Below are positions 30,301 through 39,767 of a DNA stretch of 64,000 nucleotides, in pieces. Source of the DNA: a virus (Duplodnaviria > Caudoviricetes). The stretch spans positions 66 to 64,065 of the IMG/VR virus record IMGVR_UViG_3300008267_009718; one strand, written 5' to 3'. Numbering within the stretch: the stretch's first letter is position 1; the number at the start of each line of letters is the position of its first letter. The notes beneath the pieces are model-generated. The model made no database searches and was not told the origin of the DNA. It saw only the letters and a list, made by a program, of their open reading frames with translations. Position numbers and translations under genes: made by a program.

Positions 30301-33300
30301 GGGTTTGGTTTTGTTAGTTTATTATTATCAAAATACCCATAATTAGGTGCTTTCCAAAATAATCTTACGGAACCATTAAACATTGCAGGATTATTTTCAA
30401 CTTCAGTTCTAAGTGTTCCATCATTTCTAAAACATTCAAAATTTGTTTGATTAACATTAGAACCGAATGATGGCATTGGGTAAATGTTCGCCCCATCTGG
30501 AGATGATACATAACAACTCCACGGTTTCAACGTCAATGAACGATTAGGATTAGTTGAATCAAATCCATTTGGTTTTATTATTGTAGATAATGGTGAATTT
30601 TTCATAAATAAAACACCATTATTGATTGCTAATTGGACTTCATCATCAGAATAAAATTGGTTTGGTGGATTTCCAACTACAAAATTGACTGGACTATCAA
30701 TTGATTGTGGTATGTCTACCAAATATTCCCCAATACCACCAATAGTACCGCTTGTTTGTCCTGTTATTGTTGTTGCAAAAGATATACCAGGACCTGATAT
30801 AATTGCACCATCAAACAAATCATTACCACTAACCGCAGTTACTGTTAATACACTTCCTGATATTGTACAAGTTCCTGATATTGGTACTAATGTTTCGAAA
30901 ACACGTCTTCCTTGTATGAAAGTATTAAAGTCATCCAAAAGTTTAGGATAAAAACCAACATTTATAACGTCTTGTTCATCAGAACCGTTTGTAAATGTTT
31001 GCTGTAATACAATATCCTGTGGTACTGAATTTAAAACTAAAGAAAATGTTTTAGTTAAAGCACTTAGTTGTGGATCGTAGTTATCCAAATAATTAAAATC
31101 TGTCCATACTGAATCTAAAATATCTTCTTCATCTTCTAACCATTTTTTATATCTATGCCAAATAGAACCGTATTTAAGAATCCACGCATAAGGTAATCTA
31201 TGTATTGCACCATACTTTTTAAATGTTGAGAAAATATAATCTAAATCATTAAAACTACCATTGTTATCTTCTTTATATTTTTCTCTAAGTGTTGCTAACG
31301 GTAAACTATTTAAAAATAGATATGCAGCGTTCTTATATGGGTATAAATCATTTGTGAATCTGAATTTGAATACCCCTTCTTGTATTGCATTTATAAAATA
31401 CGGTGTATTCAACATTGAAGTTGTTTGATTTGGTGTTAAATTGTTATTATAATCAAAATATTCAATGTTCCCTTCCGTAGTGTATTGTTCTAATATTTTC
31501 CTATTTTCATAAAAATTTTGTAAATTAGTTAAATCCAAACTTTGTTTAAATGTTCCGCTGTTATTTGTCTTATAATTAAAATTTGTAACAGGTTGTTTAT
31601 CCTTTGATTCTACATTGTTATCAAAATTACTGATACTTTTTATTGTGGTATTATATTCCAAAACTTGGTTTGTTTTGAATACGTTTTCCCTTTTTTGTAG
31701 ATTGTTACCATCAGCCATATAATTATTTATCCAATTTAAATTTGTTATTGGATAAACGTCTGTGAAATCAAAATTTTCAACTATATTTGAACTTCCAAAA
31801 TATTCTTGTGGGTATTTTTCATTTGTTACTGATAGTAATGGTTGTGATTTTTGATTCGCAAATATGTCTTGATTTATAAATCTAAATGAATTTTCAACTT
31901 CATTGTTTATATAACCAGTGTTAAAAATACCTCTTATAAAGTTTTGCCACGATTCACCTGAACCTCCATTTGAAATGTGTCTCAGGAATGAAAGATATAT
32001 GTTTGAATTAATATCATATTCTTTTAATTTCTTTGTAAGAAAAGGGTTATCATTACCTAATGATTTTATCATACTTAAAACTTCAGACTCAGCATAATGT
32101 TCTGTCATATTAAAAATCTTGTTAGAATCTCTACTTAATTTACTATAAAATGAATTAAGTAATAGTCTTTCATATATTTCATAGAAAAATTTTACTTCTT
32201 CAACATTTTGATAAACTTGATTGGTGATAGGAAATTCAATCGCATTAAAACTTAACCTATTAGGTTTTAATAAAGTGTTGGTAGTGTCCGTCGGAAACTT
32301 GTCGGGAACTTTTCTTTCATAAATTGCTTTAATAAAGTCTTCAACAAATTCAACCTCAGGCCAAATTTCAGGTTGATAAGCCCTAATTTTAGCAGCAATA
32401 CTTAAATCACCAGGATATTTTAATTCGTATCTTTCACCTTCTTTCAAATTGTTCTCAACAATAATTTGAGGCCAAGGATAAATTGGTGTTTCAAAAACAC
32501 TTAAATCATTTTTCAAATCAACACTATTTGCACCTGAAGATGTTGATAAAACAACCGCTTTTCTTAATGTATCTTCTCTCAAATCCCAAGCCTTTGTGTG
32601 TACTTCATCTAATAATCTAAGAAAAGATTCTCCTTGAGCTAAAAATACCGCTAAGACATTTCTAATCGTTGGGGAAAATCCAATTCCTCCCTCACTTGCA
32701 CTTTTACTTATGTTAAGAACAAGTTCTTCCGATAGTTTTTGTTCAATTTCTTGACTCTTTGTTTGATAATTTTCTCTTATTGTAGTTATTTTTTCTTGAA
32801 ATGAGTTAGACCCTTTAAAGAAGAATTTTGGTGATGCATCATATTGTGATGCAATAAAATTCTTAAAAGTGGTTTCAGCGGAAAATGGTATATCTTTTTT
32901 ATTTCTTTGATAATAAGTTTTTGCAGGATCTATAGTTTGGATTGTACCATTGTAATAAAATGTTCCTGTTTTATTATTTAAATTTAAAAAAATATCTACA
33001 GGTATGTTGTTAGGTTTTCCATTACCAAATACAGAATTATTATTCAAAATGTTATTTTTACCAACAACTGTTTTACTCAATTCAGTCAATGCGGTATTCC
33101 GTTGTTGTTCTGTTGAATATTCTTTTTTAAACTGATAAACTAAAATACCTTCTGACTCACCATTCGCAGGAAAAGTATAAAATGGATTACTTGTATCCAT
33201 ATATTTGTTAAACCAAGAATTGTTACCTTCATATAATAATACTTCCTGCTCATAAAAATCTAATGTCTTTAAATATTGTTCCATACTAACAAGAGTGTCT

Positions 33301-34292
33301 ATGTTAGTTTTAGGATAATTATCAATTATATTTTTAAGAAAAGAATTGAGGTTTACTTGTAACTCTTGGATTGTTATTTCAGGAAAATTATCATCAATAA
33401 GTCCTTTTGATTTATATTCGGCATAAAGTTCTTTCATTTTAGAATATCCTCTACTAGACCACCCATTTTGTACTACTTGGTTTTTAGTACCTTCACCTGT
33501 AGTAGTTTGTGAAGTTGTTTCTATTTGAGACTGAAACATTAATGGAGCTGCCATCATCGCCTGCCAACTTATATGAGACATAATTGTATACTTGTAGGTA
33601 TAAAATTTTAATTGCACTCTAAAATTGTGACTTGATGGTTCAAAAGAAGCATTGAAACTTTGTAACATCAAGGGTAATCTAACCGCTTTACCAAGGTAAC
33701 CTTTTATTGTTAAGTAAAAAAGAGGGTATGGTAATTGGAAAAAAGCAGCATATGGTGAGTTTGCTCCCGCCTCAAATAACGCTCTCCCTTTAACATCTTC
33801 CAAAGTAACATCAATTACAGGTAAAAAATCAGTACCATAATTAATATTAATTTGTTTCATACCTAACATTCCTGTATCTGTCGCACCAATTTTACCTTTA
33901 GTCATTGTTGTTTGACGGTAAAAATAGTCATCACTTTGATTTGGGTTTGATATCGCATTTATTTTTTGTTGGTTAATCCCCTTACCTTCTAACGAACCTT
34001 TTCCTGTTATTTCATCAACATAAATTTCTTCTAAAAATTTGTTATTACCAGGATTTAAAAAATTAATTTTACCAACAGATATTGTTCTTACAGAATCTTC
34101 CAAAGGAACACCAATCGCCAACTTTGTTCTTGGTAAAACAGAACATTCTAAATTAGCATAATAAACCAAGTCTTCTTGTTTTATTAATCGTTCTTTTGCT
34201 TTTCCATCTTCATCCACAACTTTATTGGGATCGATTATGGAAATATTTTGATAATCAAATTCTACAAGTATATTTTCTGTACTATCTACCAT
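27336..34292 (-). CDS. Giant baseplate hub / tail protein (gp27 / late-control D-like fold with large insertions)
   Basis: N-terminal DVTLEDVKGRALFE...FYLTIKGYLG and C-terminal YKCSVDMMGNALIQPMMYFNLRNVPLFSGPYMITKIEHRISENGFDTTFEGQR; follows the LysM/gp53-like gene. Confidence 0.65.
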   Translation of the reverse strand: MVDSTENILVEFDYQNISIIDPNKVVDEDGKAKERLIKQEDLVYYANLECSVLPRTKLAIGVPLEDSVRTISVGKINFLNPGNNKFLEEIYVDEITGKGSLEGKGINQQKINAISNPNQSDDYFYRQTTMTKGKIGATDTGMLGMKQININYGTDFLPVIDVTLEDVKGRALFEAGANSPYAAFFQLPYPLFYLTIKGYLGKAVRLPLMLQSFNASFEPSSHNFRVQLKFYTYKYTIMSHISWQAMMAAPLMFQSQIETTSQTTTGEGTKNQVVQNGWSSRGYSKMKELYAEYKSKGLIDDNFPEITIQELQVNLNSFLKNIIDNYPKTNIDTLVSMEQYLKTLDFYEQEVLLYEGNNSWFNKYMDTSNPFYTFPANGESEGILVYQFKKEYSTEQQRNTALTELSKTVVGKNNILNNNSVFGNGKPNNIPVDIFLNLNNKTGTFYYNGTIQTIDPAKTYYQRNKKDIPFSAETTFKNFIASQYDASPKFFFKGSNSFQEKITTIRENYQTKSQEIEQKLSEELVLNISKSASEGGIGFSPTIRNVLAVFLAQGESFLRLLDEVHTKAWDLREDTLRKAVVLSTSSGANSVDLKNDLSVFETPIYPWPQIIVENNLKEGERYELKYPGDLSIAAKIRAYQPEIWPEVEFVEDFIKAIYERKVPDKFPTDTTNTLLKPNRLSFNAIEFPITNQVYQNVEEVKFFYEIYERLLLNSFYSKLSRDSNKIFNMTEHYAESEVLSMIKSLGNDNPFLTKKLKEYDINSNIYLSFLRHISNGGSGESWQNFIRGIFNTGYINNEVENSFRFINQDIFANQKSQPLLSVTNEKYPQEYFGSSNIVENFDFTDVYPITNLNWINNYMADGNNLQKRENVFKTNQVLEYNTTIKSISNFDNNVESKDKQPVTNFNYKTNNSGTFKQSLDLTNLQNFYENRKILEQYTTEGNIEYFDYNNNLTPNQTTSMLNTPYFINAIQEGVFKFRFTNDLYPYKNAAYLFLNSLPLATLREKYKEDNNGSFNDLDYIFSTFKKYGAIHRLPYAWILKYGSIWHRYKKWLEDEEDILDSVWTDFNYLDNYDPQLSALTKTFSLVLNSVPQDIVLQQTFTNGSDEQDVINVGFYPKLLDDFNTFIQGRRVFETLVPISGTCTISGSVLTVTAVSGNDLFDGAIISGPGISFATTITGQTSGTIGGIGEYLVDIPQSIDSPVNFVVGNPPNQFYSDDEVQLAINNGVLFMKNSPLSTIIKPNGFDSTNPNRSLTLKPWSCYVSSPDGANIYPMPSFGSNVNQTNFECFRNDGTLRTEVENNPAMFNGSVRLFWKAPNYGYFDNNKLTKPNPDSYMKKVFNKQSVQENFSINQTSTEYSKISEIFTTFEKDILDLMETEFLNFSKSFYDFTSNIKPTIVGDTTQTNTTNGNFQSLMRQMMKIPKPQNTDNSTVVITEIQEAQVKNFEQYLNQFMEYKVSMVYGNPSNFDRQLFYSYSNQVFFDPISFQGYNSGSPNSLPFAGGSITLAQSQTQNPETWKALKTYVGFSEIPQLVYSDNGSYITDFFLDMNIEFTENSIKTLSPLIKIYATQKLENPNLDSNTFRELIDDYIVKNNTYINTLLDLELTRLRKELPSVNVIQSDTKVRAKLEGEQTRYELYDLFKSMNDTWISGTDFKSKTLFEDILLMDRASRDIGQQIYVDVFKLKELIDNANSNLNLLDIVQTVLVENNFVNFIVPAFANFYNVRDVGKNLTPRTEGSLEFANTLFGTFLNVDYRETASKFVCLYGNVDSQYLAMNDNVDYRYRDDAFDLRRATDNPLLENQENKTDWSTSNKVVGFNVDIGPQNQQIFKQLDISQDPGKPTTESLEVLNQMANLDRNRGSYSQSVSLYNLYKNRSYKCSVDMMGNALIQPMMYFNLRNVPLFSGPYMITKIEHRISENGFDTTFEGQRQPFYSIPKIDSFIQSISTTILQKIKEQIKQKDNELKAESLNVLTQMANKMDDISKVTNVATQSISCAVNMNPSYIDLFTYWDTPEKNTINNKDAVNLILKLVKESVSDGENQKILGTFIYGIMKVTTKGEDELVTFGNNYGLITLNLNYGDSITYFSPKYFCTAKNVPFAVFPTIDSFINFMIAKYGTQIELFKQYAAKEGKNVQDSVKYGKAFAKFYMNNYPTTENSNLFDILIEDKKNQLEKLFEKSYVDFVAMNRFNISPSEETPPRPIDYNFNWTSNNLNNVEINFYPDQGNWNLDKVEIMFTQKPVECTGVTNTFINVSTFISPNKQVFFMDNTNLLSAIGCPSVNGQYSISFTVKAIPVLDDGITTDTTRPQVTQTISISPKL

Positions 34293-34605
34293 AATAAAAG
34301 AATTGGTTTTCTAACGTTGCATTATAATCTTGTAATGAAGTTAATAATGGATATGGTATAGTCAATACAGCACCGTCAGGTATATTAAATTCAAATCCAG
34401 TATACTGGGGATTCGCTAACATTATTAACCATCCAAAAAATGGTGAGTTATAAAATTGTTGTGATATTTTGTCCATTCTTGAATACCCAACTTTATAAAT
34501 ATAAGATATATCTGATGTTTTATTAGGCAATGGAACATAAGGAACTACTGTCTGTGTCCCATTTTGAAGGAATTGAGTATATCTATTATAATATTGTAAT
34601 GCCAT
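34282..34605 (-). CDS. LysM / tail-X (gp53-like) baseplate protein
   Basis: RMDKISQQFYNSPFFGWLIMLANP...IPDGAVLTIP. Confidence 0.8.
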   Translation of the reverse strand: MALQYYNRYTQFLQNGTQTVVPYVPLPNKTSDISYIYKVGYSRMDKISQQFYNSPFFGWLIMLANPQYTGFEFNIPDGAVLTIPYPLLTSLQDYNATLENQFFYYGR

Positions 34606-34607
34606 AG

Positions 34608-37600
34608 TTAACTAAATTTTACTTTTCCATTATAAGTTTTTTCATCTTTGTTTAAATTTACATCACTATAAAGATTTTTTAATCTATCTTTCTTTTGATT
34701 TGTATTTCCAATGTTATCTGTGGTATATTGTAACGTAGAATCAAATTCAACTATTTCGAATTTATCATACTGTTGATAATCTTCGCTCACTTGTAAATCA
34801 TTGAATTTTTTAATTTCCTCATCGTGTTCACTAATAAAATTTTTCTTGAACAGGTCACAATATTTTTTTATACTATCAACTAATTTTGTATTTGTTTTTA
34901 TTTTTTCACCCGATATTAAATTATTAACAAAGTCATTATATAAATTGTCATTTAAAAATACCGGTGACATTGTCATATAAAACCTTCTTTGTTCTGGAGT
35001 AACAAATATTGTCAAAATAGGATCGAAATTATTATTTTCGTATATATTTTGATCATAAAAATTAGTTTTTAAAAATTTAAGACTAAAATCTGTAACTTTG
35101 TTACCAACAGTCTGTGTATATTCTTCTGTAATTTTTGTAAGGTTATCACCACTCAAAGTATAAACTTTATATTTACCATTTTCTGTTTTAGTACCATCAA
35201 CTTTACTACATATCAAATCCATTTTTCTTAAAATGTAATTATAATTTTCTTGATATGTTGTAATTGTATTTACGGGTTCAATTATATATTCATTTAATCT
35301 ATTTTGCATTTTAGCAACTTCATCCGCAAGTTTTGTTTGTAGTTCTCTAATTTGAGCACTTGTTGCGTTAAGTTGTGCCGAGAAAGGTTCTATTTCAAAT
35401 ATTATTGGTGCATTACCATTATTTACGTCAAGAATTGTTTGTTCAATTAAACTTTGTATTCTACTTTCAATTGTTAAAGATCTTCCGTATAATGGAATAT
35501 TACCAGTCGGAGTTTCGTATTCACTAAATTTCCCATCAGTAAATTTTCTATCCGTGTAAACTAAGGACAATATACCATAGTTTGTAACATTTGTAATTGT
35601 TCTGAATTGATTAAATATTGTTGTAAAATAATTTCTTGTGTTTTCTGAAAGTTCAGTTATTAAAGATGTATAACTAATATCCCCCTCCTCAACATTATTA
35701 TTGTTCACATAATTTGTTGATTGTATTGTACCAATTGTTCCTCCACCTTTTTGAGGGATTTGATTAACAACATTTTGCGTTGTTACAGGTGGTGGAGCGG
35801 ACCCAGCTCCTTTAACAATTCTCGCAACAACTTGTTCGTCTCTCTCTTTAGTATCTTCAGTTGCAACAGATCTTTCATCATATATTTCAGTATTCGCATA
35901 ATAGTTAAATGATAGTGCGTTCTGTAATTGTTTTATAGGTTCCGCTAAACCGTGCCCACCAATAAATTCAAATCCTAACGTCACTTTTGCTAACATTGGC
36001 TGAATACCTATACCTTCAGGGTTTATATCAAACAATAAAGGGTCATACTGTATACCTAAACTTTGAGGGACAATCTTAGTATGAAAAAAGTCACCCACTC
36101 TCAAAACTAAAATAGGAGGGGCTCCAAATGCGGTATTTTGAGCATCATTATATTTTGGTTTACCGTCAGGTCCAATTACCGGAATAGTTTGTCCAGGTCT
36201 CATACATTGTTGCAAAAACGTTAACCTCGCATTTAAACCTTCAGGTGTAATTGAATGGAACGTAGGGCTAAAATATTTTATTCTATCTTTTAAACTATCA
36301 AAAACCATAGGATCCGTTTCTTTCAAAACATCAAAATAATCACATTCAGAAAATAAATGTCTCAATATTTTTTTACTAATATTTTCTTTAACACTTATAA
36401 TAGGATCTGGTTGATCTATGATTTTTAAAGGTGGTATTAAAATTGTTGTTGATCCTGTTGTTCCTGATGAATCAGGTATTTCAACAGGATCAAAAGTAAT
36501 ATCGACAACCGGGTCTTCTTGTGGTTTAACTTTTCTTGTTGCAACAATTGATTTAATTCTTACTTTTCTACACGCCATTGCAGGTACTGAGTACCACTCA
36601 CCACCGTAATCATTTTTCTTAGCGGTAGAAAAAACAGGTCCATCCAAAATGTTTTGATTACAATCTATTGTAAAATTTGTACCATCTTTACTTTTTGGTG
36701 TTATTATAGCTTCTTCACCCAAAGACTCGGTGTTGACTATTATTTTTCCTTCATCAAAAAACTTTTGAAAGTCTTCACCTCCAACATTTTGTTTTTTCAT
36801 CCATTTAACAACTGAATCAATTCTTCTATCAGATAGAAATCTATTATAATCAAGACTTACTTGTATTGGAGATGCGGAACCTACTAATTGTATCTGAACT
36901 ACTGCGTTTTTTTCAACAATAAGTTCTTTTATTTTTGGCATCAATTCATTTTTGATTACATCAAAATTATCTATCACAACATTTTCAAAGAATGGTTGCA
37001 CCCCTTCTTTCTTGAATACTTCTGTTTTTCCGCTTAATCTACCCCAACAAACTTCGGGAGCATTTGTTACGTATTTTTTATTTCTCAAACTTAAATAAAA
37101 ATCATAATACGCCTCATAATCACAATTTTCATAATTACAAGGTACTTTATAATCTCTAGACCAAGGTCCGGCAACTTTCCACTCTGCAGGGTCTGAAATA
37201 TTTTTTATAGGTTGGTTATAATATGGTGAATCATTTTCAAAATAAAATGCATAGTCTTGGAATGCATCCAAATCTCTTAATTGTACTTCTTCTTCAATTG
37301 ATGGTCCTTGTTCAATCTCTATTGTAATATCTGTGGTTAATGTTCCATCACCACCACCTTGTCCACCAGCGTCATCAATACCTCCTAAAGAGTAATCCAC
37401 ACTTATTCCTTGTATAACCGTTTCAATCTCTTCTTGAGTTTTTCTTGGCTCATTTAATATTTGTTGATATGTGTATAATTCAGATGTTGGTATAGTATTA
37501 AATTTAATTGCTAAATCATATAAATCATATTTTACACAACCGGCAAAAAATGAATCTAAAATTGAATTAACTTCTTGTGGTGATTTACTTTTTAATTGTT

Positions 37601-39725
37601 GTCTAACAATTGTATTCATCACTGATGGGTGATCGACAACAATTGTCCAAGAAATACTACCAGTTCTAGTTGTTTCTTTATATGTAAAAATAGGTTCAGG
37701 TCTTCCTATAAAACTCGTTGGTGTCCAATTTGCTTTACTATCTTCATTAAAAGTTAAATTATAAGGTGGAAACCACATTGTTCTTCCCCCATTCGGTCCT
37801 TTTTCACATATTGGTAAATCGTCATATCGATAACCAGGTTCACTAGAAGTTCTCCAAGCTAAGTTTTCAAGTGAAAACATATATTTTTTTACTTTATTAT
37901 CAACAATGTTAGTTGATCCTGGATTTCTTAAAGGAACAATATTTAAATTATATGTGTTATCAAAAACAGAATTATGAAATCTTCTTCCCGATGTGGTAAT
38001 ACCATCTGTTTTTTGTAAATCAGCATATGTGTAATATGGTGTATCTTTTTGAAAAACTCTACAATATTCTCTTCCAACTTCAAATCCACTTTCTCCAATT
38101 GTATTACTTCCTGTTGTTGAATCATAATATGCAATAACTTGTGAACCTTTTGTTAATTCTTTATAACCATCATTGAAAACTTTTGATACTTGGTTTATTG
38201 CATTACCAACGTGTTTTAATTTTTTTGCTCCCTGAACATTGTCAGCAGAATTAATGATTCTTTGTGTATTATCTAAAATAGAACCCCCTTTAAAATCAAC
38301 GTCTATCGATTGATCTTGACTATATTGTCCTTCAATAATATTAAATTCATTATCTAACTGAAAAACTTCTCCACCTCTCCCTACTTTAAATCCAGCGTTA
38401 GGTCTGTATTTTGGTGATGTCCAAACAAATTTACCGTCAATACCATCACCATCGTGATGCGATCTAGCCCCTAAACCAAAATTAAGTTTACCTTCATTTC
38501 CTTCGTATATTTTTCCTAATTCATCAGGTCCATATACTAAAGTTGCTTGTTGTTTTCCAAATCTATCAACCGCAACTTCATTTGATGGGTTTGTTATTTG
38601 ACTTGGTTCCGCGTTTTGGTTACCAACATAGTATCCACCACCACCATTATCACCATTAAATAAATTATTAATCGCCTGAGACGCCCCTTGTATAAGATTT
38701 TTTTGATATAACGGACGATATAAATTATAATTTAAATTTGCAAATAATATGGATTGTTGTCCATTACCGGTGTTCGCCAAAAATAATTCAGAAGGACTTC
38801 TATATTTGTTAAGTACACCACCTAATGCACCTCCCGTAAGATTATTTGCGGTGTTTAATGCACCTGAAACATTTGCTTCAGGATTATTCTCATTGAAATA
38901 ATCACCAGGAATAAATGACACAGGAAAGTATGTACCTGATAATCTATTTGCAAATGATACAGCAGCTAAGACAGGATTTTCAGGTACTGTGATTTTCCAA
39001 TTTTTTATAAAAAATGGTTGTTGTCCTGTCGCTAATAAACTCGCACTAAACGGATCCGATAAAGTATCTAAGTTTATCGATCCAACTGTAAGTTGTTCTA
39101 TTTCTGATGCAATTCTTTCATTAAAATATCCTTTCAGATATGTTGCACCTATTTTTGCTAAGTAAGAATCTTGTGATAAAGTTCCGTCAGAACCAAATGG
39201 ATTATTACTTGTTAGGATTTGAAATGGACTATAAAAGGACGGAATAAACGTTATTGGGAATCCATCTGTATTTGAGTAAGGGGAAAATAAAGAAACGTTT
39301 TGTAACGAATCCGTTACAACATACATATCTTTATATGTTCCTTCTGATGGTCCATATTTGTTATTCACATAAGTTAAGTCAATATAAAATTCATTAACTA
39401 AATCAATATTTGCTTCACCATAATCATATGGTCCTTTATTTGATTCAACAGGATAAGGTTGTCCAGGTACGGTATATTTTCCAACAAAACCTGGTTCAGG
39501 CCCATATTCATTTAATGGATAAAGTAAATTTGCTCTGACATTGGTTGATATTAAAAAATCGGGTGAATCTATAACGTTACTGTCACTTAATGGTGATGCT
39601 TCATAGGTAACATTACCAGCAGGTGGAGTATATACACCTTGTACTTGATAAGGGGCTAAATTTCTCGCAATTAATGTATTTCTAAATGACGATGAATTAG
39701 CAAATGACAATATACTATCCGACAT
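34608..39725 (-). CDS. Tail-tube initiator-like baseplate protein with inserted OmpA-like domain
   Basis: WFPPYNLTFNEDSKANW...IGRPEPIFTY and PPILVLRVGDFFHTK (tube-initiator-like); GSAS...YNRFLSDRRIDSV...GE...CRKVRI (OmpA C-terminal-like). Confidence 0.6.
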   Translation of the reverse strand: MSDSILSFANSSSFRNTLIARNLAPYQVQGVYTPPAGNVTYEASPLSDSNVIDSPDFLISTNVRANLLYPLNEYGPEPGFVGKYTVPGQPYPVESNKGPYDYGEANIDLVNEFYIDLTYVNNKYGPSEGTYKDMYVVTDSLQNVSLFSPYSNTDGFPITFIPSFYSPFQILTSNNPFGSDGTLSQDSYLAKIGATYLKGYFNERIASEIEQLTVGSINLDTLSDPFSASLLATGQQPFFIKNWKITVPENPVLAAVSFANRLSGTYFPVSFIPGDYFNENNPEANVSGALNTANNLTGGALGGVLNKYRSPSELFLANTGNGQQSILFANLNYNLYRPLYQKNLIQGASQAINNLFNGDNGGGGYYVGNQNAEPSQITNPSNEVAVDRFGKQQATLVYGPDELGKIYEGNEGKLNFGLGARSHHDGDGIDGKFVWTSPKYRPNAGFKVGRGGEVFQLDNEFNIIEGQYSQDQSIDVDFKGGSILDNTQRIINSADNVQGAKKLKHVGNAINQVSKVFNDGYKELTKGSQVIAYYDSTTGSNTIGESGFEVGREYCRVFQKDTPYYTYADLQKTDGITTSGRRFHNSVFDNTYNLNIVPLRNPGSTNIVDNKVKKYMFSLENLAWRTSSEPGYRYDDLPICEKGPNGGRTMWFPPYNLTFNEDSKANWTPTSFIGRPEPIFTYKETTRTGSISWTIVVDHPSVMNTIVRQQLKSKSPQEVNSILDSFFAGCVKYDLYDLAIKFNTIPTSELYTYQQILNEPRKTQEEIETVIQGISVDYSLGGIDDAGGQGGGDGTLTTDITIEIEQGPSIEEEVQLRDLDAFQDYAFYFENDSPYYNQPIKNISDPAEWKVAGPWSRDYKVPCNYENCDYEAYYDFYLSLRNKKYVTNAPEVCWGRLSGKTEVFKKEGVQPFFENVVIDNFDVIKNELMPKIKELIVEKNAVVQIQLVGSASPIQVSLDYNRFLSDRRIDSVVKWMKKQNVGGEDFQKFFDEGKIIVNTESLGEEAIITPKSKDGTNFTIDCNQNILDGPVFSTAKKNDYGGEWYSVPAMACRKVRIKSIVATRKVKPQEDPVVDITFDPVEIPDSSGTTGSTTILIPPLKIIDQPDPIISVKENISKKILRHLFSECDYFDVLKETDPMVFDSLKDRIKYFSPTFHSITPEGLNARLTFLQQCMRPGQTIPVIGPDGKPKYNDAQNTAFGAPPILVLRVGDFFHTKIVPQSLGIQYDPLLFDINPEGIGIQPMLAKVTLGFEFIGGHGLAEPIKQLQNALSFNYYANTEIYDERSVATEDTKERDEQVVARIVKGAGSAPPPVTTQNVVNQIPQKGGGTIGTIQSTNYVNNNNVEEGDISYTSLITELSENTRNYFTTIFNQFRTITNVTNYGILSLVYTDRKFTDGKFSEYETPTGNIPLYGRSLTIESRIQSLIEQTILDVNNGNAPIIFEIEPFSAQLNATSAQIRELQTKLADEVAKMQNRLNEYIIEPVNTITTYQENYNYILRKMDLICSKVDGTKTENGKYKVYTLSGDNLTKITEEYTQTVGNKVTDFSLKFLKTNFYDQNIYENNNFDPILTIFVTPEQRRFYMTMSPVFLNDNLYNDFVNNLISGEKIKTNTKLVDSIKKYCDLFKKNFISEHDEEIKKFNDLQVSEDYQQYDKFEIVEFDSTLQYTTDNIGNTNQKKDRLKNLYSDVNLNKDEKTYNGKVKFS

Positions 39726-39767
39726 ACTTTATCTTTTCCTATAAATACATAAAATATATTTTTATAA

